Assembly (NCBI RefSeq): GCF_006345805.1
Contig: NC_043002.1
Location: 41,788,001-41,852,000, forward strand
DNA from: Octopus sinensis
Taxonomy: Eukaryota
DNA length: 64,000 nt
Reading direction: 5' to 3'
In this document: piece after piece, positions 13,816 to 25,914 of the stretch
How the letters are laid out: the number at the start of each line of letters is the position of its first letter
How positions within the stretch are numbered: position 1 is the stretch's first letter
The notes under the pieces: model-generated
What the model was told of the DNA's origin: nothing
The model's database searches: none
The model's input: the letters and a program-made list of their open reading frames with translations, nothing else
Position numbers and translations under genes: made by a program

Positions 13816-14475
13816 CTTAGCAACCCTCATAACCACCTATTCACCTGTCAGCCCCCACTCATACCCCTGGGATTTCCTAAAACATGGGGAGAAACAAAAA
13901 AAAAGGAAGATGGATGGGGGAAGCTTTTTTTTAACAGAAACTTTAAAAAACAAAAATATTTGGTGGGGACCTTAGTTTTATTGGTGCAGTATATATAGTA
14001 CACTAGTACAGTCATCAGTGTTATTGCTTCCCCAGACAACTGTCAACACCCATCAACTATTATGAACCATCTACACCCCACCCGAAACTCTGCTCCCCTC
14101 CACCTCCACCCTAAATTACACAGGTCAATATGGGGATTGGGATAGTGCTCCGTGGGGTTAAGTACTACAAATAAACACAGCTGCAAGCTGTTAGAACCAT
14201 GGATTATTAAATTGACAGGAGAGGAGCAATGTGTGTGTGTGTTTGTGGGTAGATGGGGTTGGTGAGTGGGGAGGAGACATCGCCATAGGTAAGTGAAGGA
14301 ATTGGGGGTGCAGGCGGGGTGGAGGTGAGGGTAGAATTCACGTGTGGGGGAGCATGTTGTGGAGGGAGGGGCTGTGGGTTCAGGCTCAGTATAGATTTCA
14401 CTTAGTCACTCTTCTGACATTGGTTGTATTTCCATCACACACACACACACACACATCTGAGTACATGAATGTGTG

Positions 14476-14520
<45 letters not shown>

Positions 14521-14967
14521 GCACACACACACACACAAGCACATACCATATGCACAATGGTACATTTATATGCAAGGTACTCGTGTTATTAAACACATGC
14601 ATACAAACACATTAATTATTATTCACTCATGTCATACATTCATGTATTACTCACACCACACACACACACATATACACACTCTCTCCTCTCTCTCTCCCTT
14701 TCTCATACATTTATCCACACATCACATATATTACTGCTTTCTTATACATACACTATCACACATGCACAGTTTATCCATCCGGCTAGCCAGCAAGACCTCT
14801 ACCCACCTACCTATCACACCCTACACACATGTTTACTTTCTGTTTTTCTTTAACCATCTATCCAAACATCCACATATCCACCTATCTGCCATGCACAAAC
14901 ACACACACACACACACACACATCAATACATCAGCATGTTTTACTGTGTCTTTTATTTTATCATACAG

Positions 14968-15040
<73 letters not shown>

Positions 15041-15043
<3 letters not shown>

Positions 15044-15281
15044 AAAATAATATGTGACAATTATTCAATAGCCAAGATAAAACTCTGAGTTTCGGATGCC
15101 GAGGTGGAAATCCACAACACCATCTCTTCAGTTATCTGGCAATCTTTATCTTTATCTTTCGGTATCTTGGCTATTGAATAATTGTCGCATATTATTTTAC
15201 AGATGAATTTCCTCTATTTACATAATATTGAGGTCTCGTTCTTTCTTTTGTTATCTTAACTGTTTTTACCAATATATATAT
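15041..15281 (-). mobile_element. Short hammerhead-bearing element inserted in AT/GT microsatellite (Penelope-like pLTR fragment)
   Basis: 39-bp inverted repeats 15041-15079 and 15163-15201 (38/39 match) bracket the hammerhead. Microsatellite tracts lie on both sides (14970-15040; 15282-15290). Confidence 0.62.
15071..15140 (-). ncRNA. Type I hammerhead ribozyme motif
   Basis: Minus strand: GCCAGAUAA-CUGAAGA-GAUG..GUGG AUUU CCAC..CAUCC-GAAA-CUC A GAG-U-U-UUAUCUUGGC. 9-bp stem I (one bulge), intact core, stem II G10.1-C11.1 with a bulge, palindromic stem III with 1-nt loop, GUU cleavage triplet (cut between 15081 and 15080). Confidence 0.7.
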
Positions 15282-15736
15282 ATATATATAACAAAGGTGG
15301 CTATAAGCAATATAAAACCAAAAAAGGAAGAATTCGATTGTCACTAATTATGACTGGTGGTGAAGGGTAGCCCCTACATTGCTAGAAATAAGAGGTAAAA
15401 ACCCTCTTAGCCACAAAGAAGCACAAGTCTATGTATGTACAGGGGATATATATGTATAGAGGTGAGTTCAATTAGAGGTTGTAAAAACCATCTAAGGGAT
15501 ATTTATATCCAATGAATTACTGGTATATTACCTGTATGTGATCATGAGTATTAGTATTACTACTCATACCTGATAGGTAAGGAAAAGAAATTATTATTAT
15601 AGCATGAACAGAAACAGTTGTTAGATAAGATATTGTCTTTTTTGTAATCAATAAATAAAAATTATGTTTATCAATTATCAATTTTATCTCTATTTTCTTA
15701 TTTTCCCTTAAATATATATATATATATATACAAATA

Positions 15737-16140
15737 GGCGCAGGAGTGGCTGTCTGGTAAGTAGCTTGCTAACCAACCACATGGTTCCGGGTTCAGTCCC
15801 ACTGCGTGGCATCTTGGGCAAGTGTCTTCTGCTATAGCCCCGGGCCGACCAATGCCTTGTGAGTGGATTTGGTAGACGGAAACTGAAAGAAGCCTGTCGT
15901 ATATATGTATATATATGTGTATGTGTGTGTGTGTTTGTCCCCCTAGCATTGCTTGACAACCGATGCTGGTGTGTTTACGTCCCCGTCACTTAGCGGTTCG
16001 GCAAAAGAGACAGATAGAATAAGTACTGGGCTTACAAAGAATAAGTCCCGGGGTCGATTTGCTCGACTAAAGGTGGTGCTCCAGCATGGCCGCAGTCAAA
16101 TGACTGAAACAAGTAAAAGAGTAAAAGAGAAAAAGAGTAA
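15737..16140 (+). mobile_element. tRNA-headed CORE-like SINE, family A (near-complete)
   Basis: A box tggctgtctgg, B box ggttcagtccc, CORE-like cttgggcaagtgtctt, internal (AT)(GT) tract, tail (gtaaaaga)n. Confidence 0.9.
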
Positions 16141-18461
16141 ATTGAGATAGGGGTTGTAAATGCAACCCTCCATGGGATAATATATATCCAATATACTGCC
16201 AGTGAAGTACCCAACAAAGTTAATACATAAATGTTAAGAATTGCAATGCAATTAATTCATTTACTGTATTATATGGGCAATATATATATATTATCAAGTT
16301 AGCTTCACAGCCACATGGTTCTAAGTTCAATCCCAACTCCAGTGTGCTTTTTACTGTAACCATATTAACTAATAGTACAAGTTATATACACACACATAAA
16401 TACAATTACCCATTTACAGACACACTTGGATTCTCCCTCTCATAAAACACACATATTAGATCTTTGTCTTGCTCTCTTTCTCTCATAAACAAATGCAGGT
16501 GGACTGCACTCATAATAAAAAAAAATTCAAGATAATTTTTCATTGGCCTGCAATCCAAAAAGTGCTGCAAACCACAGTTTGTCAATGACTGCTATAAGAT
16601 ATATATAGACTTATCAGAAACAGAGCCACATATATTTTCATGAATTTCTAGAACATTGTGTGTGTGTGCACACAGTCATGCTTATGTGTGCAAATTTGTA
16701 TATTTAAAGAAGCATAGTACATTCAGTGATTGACAAAATTGTTAAAGCACTGGGCCAAAATGTTTTGCCGTATTTAGTTAGATTCATTCACTTCCTGAAT
16801 TAAAATGCTAGCAAGGTAAACTTTGCCTTTCTTCCTTACGGGATCACTGAACTACAGCACCAGTCAATTACTGTGGTTGATTCAATCAGCTATACCCTAT
16901 CTGCAAAACCTGAAACCTTTGTGCCTACGTCAGAAATCAATATTAAGGCAGGAAGGTAATTTAAGTGGTCTTCTCTTATAGTTCCATTCACATCTGAGAT
17001 GCATTATAGGAGTATATATCAACTGTAGCACTTGACTTCCGGAAAGATGAAAGCAAAATTACTTTTGTAGGATTTGAACTCTGAGCATAAAGTACCATAA
17101 TTATAGACCCCCAGGCATTTTGTCCGACATTTAACTTGCTCTGCTAATCCACTGCTCAAGTAAATAAGAAAGAATTAAGAAATTCTTTTATATTCCAAAC
17201 AGATTGAGAATTTCAGGAAAAATTGTAATGATCTGAAAAGTCAAATTTAATCAACTTCAAAGAAATCACTACAAGAAAGATAAACATTTGATATTGACAT
17301 TTTTATATTATTTCAATATTTGTTACTTTAATACATTACATACTATATTGAAATTGGTGTAGAAGAAAGATGGGTGGAGGGAGGGAGGGCAGGAATGTTG
17401 GAAATGGTATAGGGTGGGATTGAAGCATAGAAAATTAAGAGGTGGAGAGAGAGAGAGCATGTGTGTTTGTATCTGCACAAATAAGAAGGAAAATACTCAA
17501 TACATACGGTGGTAGATAGAATTTATTTACTTAAAGCACAGAATTTACTCCATTACACTGCAGAATTTCTTTCATACAAGAATGGTCTTGTGAAAGTGAA
17601 AAACTCTGGGTAGTGGAGTAATAATGAGAGGTGAATCACCAGCTTTGGTGTGCGTGTGTGTGTGTGTGCGCACGCACATGCACGCATGTAATATATGTTT
17701 TATTTTGCTACTCTGAGTATCATTTGTGACTGAACTAAAATAAAAATATTATTAATTCCTACTTTGGTATTGACTATTCTTTCTTGCAACAAGTAAATGG
17801 ATATATCCGGTGTGGCTGTGTGGTAATTGGTTTGCTTTCCAACCACATGATTCCAGGTTCAGTCCCACTACATAGTACCTTGGACAAATGTTTTCTGCTA
17901 TAGCCTCAGGCCAACCAAAGCTTTGTGAGTGGATTTGGTAGTTGGAAATTGAAAGAAGCTTGTCATGTGTCTGTATTTCTCCTCCACCACTGCTTGACAA
18001 CTGGTATTGGTGTGTTTACATCCTTGTAACTCAGCAGTTTGGCAAAAAGAAACTGATAAAAAAAACAAATTTGCTAGGGTTGATTCATATGACTATAATT
18101 CTTCAAGGCAGTGCCTTTTTTGTGTCACTTGTACTATTGTGGTCATTCTGGGGCTTGCAGAATTAAGAACCCTGGGGAGATGGGGTATCAGCTTCATGCT
18201 AGGGGACATGGGGTTAAACTATAAAAAGAAGGTGAGTCACAGCAAATTCTTGTAGAGGATACTCTTGTATAAGTCACACCTCTAATTCAGGATTAAATCT
18301 TGGTATACAAAATTTTTTCCTATCGTAGTTTTAGCTTTGCTCTGTGTATAGATCACACCCCAGCTTTTTGAGTTTAATTCTAGTATAAAATAATATGACA
18401 CATACCTAAGTAAATATGGCGTGTGTGTGTGTGTGCACGCATATGTGTATGAGTATATATT

Positions 18462-18822
18462 CTTGTTTCAGTCGTAAGACTGCAGCCATGCTGGAGGACC
18501 ACCTTAAAGAGTTTTAGTCAAACAAATCGACTCCAGGACTTATTCTTTGTAAGCCTAATACTTGTTCTATTGGTCTCTTTTGCCAAACCACTAAATTACT
18601 GGGGCATAAACACACCGTCGGTTGTCAAGCAAAGGTATGGGGACAACACAGACTTAAAGACACACACACACACACACAATGGGCTTCTTTCAGTTTCCAT
18701 CTATGAAATCCACTGACAAGGCTTTGGTCGGCCCAAGGCTATGGTAGAAGGCACTTGCCTAAGATGACACACTGTGGGACTGAAACATGTGGTTGGAAAG
18801 CAAGCTTCTTACCACACAGCCA
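18462..18822 (-). mobile_element. SINE family A
   Basis: Reverse complement of family A. Confidence 0.85.
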
Positions 18823-21104
18823 TACACACATACACATACATATACTTACATACACACAATCATTGTTTTATGTCTGTTTTCTATGCTGGCTGACAGGGGT
18901 TGGATGGATATTGCTACTCTGCTAGATAGGTCGGAGGGGCACATGTCACTTTGGTTTGGTTTCTATGGCTCAGTTGTGTGTGTGTGTTTTGGCGGTGGTA
19001 GCCTTTTAAAAATGGTAGCCTCCGCACTTTGAAAACATTATTTCAGACAATAATTATTCCTTTACAAACTTCAAGTGTTTGGTATTTCATTTTCAGAACC
19101 TATTCCGTGCTAATGATATAATGTAGAAGCAATTGAATATTAGTTTTAATTAGATCATTAAGCCATTTATATAATTATCTTCACTAGCTTGTTATTGTGT
19201 TCATTATGGTTTATTGTAGTCATTAAAATGGTATTTTAATCCGTTTGAATTCTTTGTAAATTTCTCACTTATTTTTGCTTTTTCTATCTATCTTTTTTCC
19301 TTTCTTCCTTATATTTACTTTCATTTCAATTTCCTTCCTTTCTTGTTTTTTTCTTCCAATTCTTCTCTTCTTTTTTCCTTCATTTCTTTTCTTTCTTCTC
19401 TGCTTCTTTCTACATCATTTATTCAGTTTTCCTTCCTTCCCCCCTCTCTCTCTTCCTCCTTTTATTATTTCTCTCCTTATCTCCTCCCTTTCTTTCATTC
19501 TTTCTTCTTTTCTTCCTTCTTTCTCAATGGCTACGACATATAGATCTGTGATCATCAATGTGACAGATCAATATGACAGTAGGTTAAATTGACATCTAGA
19601 TTTTAACTTGGTACCTTCAGAAAGTAGAGTCTGGAAAATAAATGTAAGAGCATTTATTTAATTCCACTAGTTCTACGTAATCATCACAGTCTTTGAGGAC
19701 CTCACAAAGCCATAGATACTACATATCCTTGTAACTAAACCTTTAACACAAAATCTTGTACTTGTATGAGTATCATTATCATCATGGTTTAACGTCTGCC
19801 TTCCATGCTGGCATGGGTGGGATAGTTTGACAGGAGCCACCCAGGCAGAAGCCTGCACCAAACTTCTGTGGCTATTTTCACATAATTTTTACAGCTGGAT
19901 GCCCTTCCTAACACAAACCACCCAGCAGAGTGGATGTAGTGCTTTTTACGTGGCACATATATACAGGGTGCAATGAGTAAATTGTGTGTGTATGTGCTTG
20001 TATGTGTGTATATATATATCTGTGTTTGTATGTGTGTGTATATATATATATATGTATATGTCTATGTTAGTATTTATCCTGTTGACAACTGGTATCAGTT
20101 TGTTTATATCCCTGTAGTTTAGTTGTTTGACAAAAGAGACGAACAGACCAAACTTGATAAAAGATAAATACTGGGGCCAGTTTGTTCCGCTAAACCCTTC
20201 AAGGTGATGATGCTTCAGCATGGTTGCTGTCCAATGATTAACACAACTAAAAATATAAAGAAGCTTTGAAGTGGTTACTTAACCTGTTAAAAATAGCAGC
20301 CAAATCTCCTTTGAATCACATCTTACCTTAGATGAAAGAGGAAGAACATTTCGAATAATGTAATCCTAACTACTTCTTAAAAGACAGAATGGTCATAGTT
20401 GGAGCACTGTTGAACATATTCCTGTTCATAGAAGGTTGTCAGTAACCAAAAAATTAGAATTCATAAAAGTAAGACTTGTCATTGGGGCTTTTTTTTGTTT
20501 TTTATGATAAGGTTTTTTTAATGTTTTATTTCATCTTTTTCAATTATTGGAAATCTGAGTCTGATAAAATTTTATGGTGGAATGGATGAAGGAATGTATA
20601 AAAACATCCTTTTTTTCTGATTTGGGTGCCATATTGTTTACAATTTTCCTCCTGTATTTCTACAAACTATAATCCCTCAATTAGTAACTTGGTACTTGAA
20701 GTGATGTCCTAATGTAAAATAAAAGAAATCACAAAAATGTGTGTGGGTGGGAGTAATTAAAGTCTGCTATAAAAAGGAAACAAGATCCTGCCCTGGTGTG
20801 TGATTTGACCCCTATTTTTAAGTAAATAGGTCATTGCCTTTTGCTTTTTTTTTTGTCTTCTTTGCTCTTCTTTCTTTCAGCCTTTTATTCTTCTTTCCTT
20901 TCATCTTTTTCCTTCAATTTTCTTCATTCTTGGATTTTTTCCTGTGTTCCTTTTCCCATTTCTCCTCTTTTTCTTTCATCTCCCTTCTTTCTCCTTTTCC
21001 CCTTTCTTCTTTCTACTTCTTCCTCCGCCCTTCATTTCCTTCCTGCTTCCTTTCTTTAATTTTTTTCCCTTTTCTTTCATCACCTTTTCCTTTTATCTTC
21101 TATC

Positions 21105-21466
21105 TTTTACTTGTTTCAGTCATTATACTTTAGCCATCCTGGGGCACCACCTTCAGGAATTTTAAGTTACTTTTAAGTACTTTTTTTTTTAAGCCTGGTA
21201 CTTATTCTATTAGTCTCTTTTACTGAACCACTAAGTTAAAGGGGTGAAAACAAGCCAACACCAGTTATCAAGCGGCAGTGGGGGACAAACACAGACCTAA
21301 AGACACACACATATATATGATGCACTTCTTTCAGTTTCCATCTACCAAATCCACTCACAAGGCTTTACTCAACCCAAGGCTATAAGACACTTGCCCAAGG
21401 TGTCACACAGTGGTACAGAACCCAGAACCTTGTGGTTGAAAAGTAAACTTCTTACCACACAGCCAT
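21105..21466 (-). mobile_element. SINE family A
   Basis: Reverse complement of family A. Confidence 0.85.
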
Positions 21467-22049
21467 CCCTAACTTTATCATGTTTTTTCTCCTTTTTCTT
21501 TTGTTTTCTTTCATTTTTTTTGTTCACCTTTATCTTTTTCCATTTTCCCATGTTAAGAGAGAGATAAAAATTACTGGTTTTGTCCCAAAATTTGAAATCA
21601 TTAAACTATTAGTAAGTTTCTGAAAGGCTTCATAATGAGATCCAACATCAAATTTGTTTGATGTGTTAATTTAACTGGACATTTCTCGGATAACATTATT
21701 GAGTAAACATTGTTTTTTTGCTATAATACTTTCAAATCATGACAAAAGTGAGTTAAAAAATAAAGAGAATTTATTACACATGCTGAATATAAGTGATAGC
21801 AAAAATGAAATTTATAAATACAAATGTTTGTTTCTTTGTAAATGTTATGAACAAGCCATGACTTTATGAGATTTTCTCACATTTTGATAACCTGGAATGA
21901 GATTGCAGTGACTGCTATAAACTGAACTGACACCATATCAACTAAAGCCATTGTTTATCAGTTCCTGATTTCACAGTTCTCATTACATTTCCTATGAGAG
22001 ATAAGGTGGCAGTCTACAATCATTAAGCTCAAACAACATTTCTGTGGGG

Positions 22050-22081
<32 letters not shown>

Positions 22082-23192
22082 AACACACGCAAACACATAC
22101 ACACAGTATGGAATGTAACATTTAAATTTGCAGGACTTTTCACCTTCAGTAAGCAATTATCCTCTCTTTTGAATTGGGTTGACACATAGGCTACACAAGG
22201 AGTGAAGCTAAACAAGAATGGAAATCTCAAAACTAATTGATTATTCAAGTTTGTGTAAGCATTAAAGGCATTGATTGACACAACAGAGTTTAAGTAATAA
22301 GACTGTTTCAGAGTCTCAAAATTCAAATTGAAATTGATATCAAGCCTCCAGTATTTATTTTTGTCATTTGCTAAGTGTCAGTAAAGCAATAAAGAATTCT
22401 AAAACATTTATTTATTTATCAATTATTATTATTATTTTGACAAGTCTGTTAATAAGGTTATCCTCAAGTGTCAAAACCTTTTTTTTTTCTTCCTTTACTA
22501 AGTTTTCAATCTAGACCTTAAAGAACCCCTGTTTCAAGGTTGGCACGCATCCACTGCAACAAAGCTACCGAGGTATTAGTATTGCGTTTTGTTTTAAGAA
22601 CAGAAAGCAATCAGAGGAAAGAGAAAAAAAAAAAAAGAATAAAATAAAATAAAGAAAAAGAAAAGAGAGCTTCAGACATCTTGACACCCTAAATAATAGC
22701 TTAAAAATTATATACACTTGTAGGTCTCCAAAAACTAGATTTATTGTCAGGTTCTGTTTCCTTTTCAGGGTAACTACTATCAAAGTGTTTAAAATTTTTG
22801 GCAAATGTTTTTTACCATAATTACTGTGGTTATCTGAAAAATGCTGTCAACTTCTTGACCTATAAATACAATGTATTTGTTTTTTCCATATACATATCCT
22901 GATTTTTCTTTTTCTTCAACATATATGCTTCAAAAGTATATTTTTTCACTAAAATCCTACCATATTTCCTTCCCCTCTTTGTTTCTCAACTCTAATTGCT
23001 GACTGATTGAGTTATATCTTCAAATGTCAAATACATTTGTTGTTCTTTCTTTGTTTCTTTTTTTGTTTTTGTTTTTATTCTTTCCTTTATTTAGGTTGAG
23101 AATAGGTGTAACAAGTGTTCTTTGTTCTCAGACTTGTTTAAGTTAGGAATGAACACTGAGAACAGTCTAATCTATTGCATTCTAGGGGATAT

Positions 23193-23228
<36 letters not shown>

Positions 23229-23748
23229 TTTGCATTTATGTTATATCTTTATATATATCCCTAATCCTTAAAAATGTTTTAGCCTGAAGGTCGTGGCCAT
23301 GCTGGGGCACCACTGCTGATATGTATATAATGTATGTATATGTTATGTGTGTGTATTTGCATATATATATATATATATATAAGTAGGTATTTATGTTTGT
23401 ATGTGTAAGCATATATGTATATATCAAACAAAAATGAGTTAAGAGAAATAATTCATAATCAGCAGTGGCATGTATATGAACCATGTAGACATTATGCTTT
23501 TGTATGTCATATATATATATATATATATATATATGTTTGCACGTGAATGTATATATCAGTATATTAATGTATGTATGTATATAGATATAGATAGATAGAT
23601 AGATATGTTTGTGTACACACATGCACACACACACACACACACTTATATAAGCAGTCCAGCTTAACTGGCCAAAACTTTGAAGTCACTATCTACAATATTC
23701 TTGTTTAAATATGTGTTTGTGTATATGCATATACACACACATATATAT

Positions 23749-24066
23749 ATGGGGTGGGTGTATCAAAAGTAGTTCACAAGTAAGGGTAACTTTTTCTATT
23801 AAATGACCTACATCATTAGCAGGGTAACTCTTCCTCTGCACAAAGGTACAAATCAACATAATCTTCCCTGCAAGTGATGCATTTGCGCCATCAATTAACC
23901 CAATTCTTGAATCCTCTTCTACAACATTTCAGGTGTGCACTGTTGTACCCACTTGTTCACAACCTCTCTCACCTTGTCAGTGTGTCATAAAATCATTCCC
24001 GAAGACCATCCTTAATTGAACTGAACAGGTGAAAGTCGGAAGCTGCCAAATCCAAACTGTACCAAC
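23749..24066 (-). mobile_element. Mariner transposase C-terminal relic
   Basis: Minus-strand YSLDLAASDFHLFSSIKDGL and RGFKNWVN*WRKCITCREDYVD match the YSPDLAPSDFHLF and GIxxLxxRWxKCxxxxGDYVE motifs. TIR-like end near 23750. Confidence 0.85.
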
Positions 24067-24074
24067 AAGCATAA

Positions 24075-24420
24075 TTTGTTGCCAAAAATGTTGGTAGTCA
24101 TGTATTGTCATGCTAAATGTGAAATGCATTCAATTGCTTGTTCGGTTTCTTCCTTCAAATAGCCTCTGCAAGCTTTTTGAGTGTCTGTGTAGATTGTCTT
24201 TTTCTCTTTGATGCAGCTGAAACATTTTTGCCAGAGGCTTTCATTTCCATCTGAACTTTGTGTACAAAAGATCTTACAACATTTAGAAAGTTGGCAATTT
24301 TTAAATCGCTGTATTCCACACATATGACAACAATGACTGCATGTCTTTCCATTTCTTGTGTTACCATTTTATCTGCCATCGGGGATTTGAAAGAAATAAA
24401 AACCTAATTGGTTTAAAGAG
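24075..24420 (-). mobile_element. IS630-Tc1-mariner superfamily (maT/Tc1-like) transposase N-terminal HTH relic
   Basis: MERHAVIVVICVEYSDLKIANFLNVVRSFVHKVQMEMKASGKNVSAASKRK resembles the N-terminal HTH of Tc1/maT-like transposases. Recognised from memory, not searched. Confidence 0.55.
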
Positions 24421-24622
24421 AACGATATACTGATAATTAAATGTTCTTTAATACCCTTCACACTCTGTATGTGTATTTATGTGTATATGTGTGAATGTAA
24501 AATTTAGATTCAGATGAATATGATACTTAAGTTGAGGCACCAGAATTTAGCATGGTATTATCCATACAATTTCAAAATAAGGTGATTAAAATCAAAATAA
24601 GCAACAAGGATATCCAGAGGTA

Positions 24623-24716
24623 ATGTAGTACGATCATTTCATGTGACTCAATTTAATTGAACAATGCAATCATTTCATTACATCAATTTAAAATGTAGAG
24701 CAATCATCAGCTGCAC
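24623..24716 (-). ncRNA. Type I hammerhead ribozyme motif (left arm of foldback element), slightly decayed
   Basis: Minus strand reads GUGCAG-CUGAUGA-[stem II]-GAAA-UGAUCGU-A-CUACAU. Core intact; C15.2 changed to U; one stem I mismatch. Confidence 0.62.
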
Positions 24717-24823
24717 AAAGACATAGAATTTAATTAAATTAGAAGGACATATTGGTAATATTTTACTCAAAATCTCCAAAATTATACTAATATGTCCTTA
24801 TTTTTATTAAATTCTATGTCTTT

Positions 24824-24917
24824 GTGCAGCTGAAGATTGCTCTACGTTTTAAATTGATGTAATGAAATGATTGCATTGTTCAATTAAATTGAGTCGCATG
24901 AAACGATTGTACTGCGT
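24824..24917 (+). ncRNA. Type I hammerhead ribozyme motif (right arm of foldback element)
   Basis: Stem I GUGCAG(24824-29)/CUGCGU(24912-17). Core CUGAAGA 24830-36. Long stem II (UGC/GCA base, UUUAAAUUGA/UCAAUUAAA, UGUAAU/AUUGCA). GAAA 24900-03. Near-palindromic stem III ACGAUUGU. GUA cleavage triplet 24909-11. The 10.1-11.1 pair is U.U (non-canonical). Confidence 0.72.
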
Positions 24918-24947
24918 TACCTCTAGATATCCTTGTTGCTTATTTTG

Positions 24948-24993
<46 letters not shown>

Positions 24994-25276
24994 TGTGAGG
25001 ATGCATGGCTTAGTGGTTAGGGTGTTGCACTCTTGAGCAAAGCACTTGATCTTACATTGCTTTGCAATCATGATGACCTTGATGCATGGGTACACTGTGC
25101 ATCTGTTCAGGCAATGTCGATTTGATGGAGAGAGAGTGAGCTAATGTATGGCACATACGTTTGATCACTATAAACAAATCAAATCATTTGTGCAGATCAT
25201 CTGGCAAAAGTTGAACACTCATACATTGTCTTCGATAGGAGAGTCCATCCTATAAATATATTTATGCAAATATGTA

Positions 25277-25645
25277 TGTAGGCATAGCTGTATGGTTAAC
25301 AAGCAGATTTTGCAACCATGTGGTTTTGGGTTCAGTCCCACTGTGTTGCACATCGAGTTTGTATCATACTATAGCCCTGGTCTGACCATTGTCTTGGGAG
25401 TGAATTTAGTAGGCAGAAACTATGTGGAACCCTGTCATGTGTGTGCTTGAGTTTGTTCTCCCTCATTGATTGACAACTGGTGTTGGTTTATATCCCTGTA
25501 ATCTAGCAGTTCTGCAAAAGAGATTACTGAAATAAGTGCCAGACTTACAAAATAAGTCCTGGGGTTGATGTATTTGGCTAAAACCCTTTGAGGTGGTGCC
25601 CCAGCATGGCTGCAATCCTATGAATGAAACAAGGAAAAGATAAAA
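25277..25645 (+). mobile_element. SINE family A (diverged)
   Basis: Head, CORE-like block, body and tail recognisable. Confidence 0.8.
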
Positions 25646-25914
25646 AGTTATGTTTACGTGTAACACACACACACAAGCACATGTATGTGTGGTGACACTA
25701 CTGCCTGTAAAAAATGTTTACAATGCAGTAGCAGAATGATAAATTTCTGTTATAGAATCTGGTTATTTTTGTCTTGTTGTACTACTTGTATATAAGTGGG
25801 TGAGGTTTTTTTTTTAATGCTTCTTTTGACAGAATGAACTCAATTTCTTTGAGGGATTTTCTTTACAAATATTATTATTATCATTCTTCTTCTTCTTCTT
25901 CTTCTTATTATTAT

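Larger units (their letters stand above)
24590..24950. mobile_element. Foldback (inverted-repeat) element, probable Penelope-like pseudo-LTR or retrozyme derivative
   Basis: Arms 24590-24734 and 24806-24950 are 137/145 identical as reverse complements (hand alignment), with further imperfect pairing inward. Abuts (AT)n at 24950. Each arm carries a hammerhead. Confidence 0.75.

Noticed and set aside
13416-13975. Long poly-Glu/Arg/Leu ORFs
   Set aside because: Translations of the (CTT/CTC)n tract.
14200-14400. Perfect AG|GTAAGT donor and several G-runs (possible exon or G-quadruplex)
   Set aside because: No good acceptor or sensible frame; such an 8-mer is expected by chance in 64 kb, and the G-run loops are long.
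15737-15810. tRNA-like sequences with A and B boxes (many copies)
   Set aside because: They are SINE heads running straight into SINE bodies, with no complete cloverleaf.
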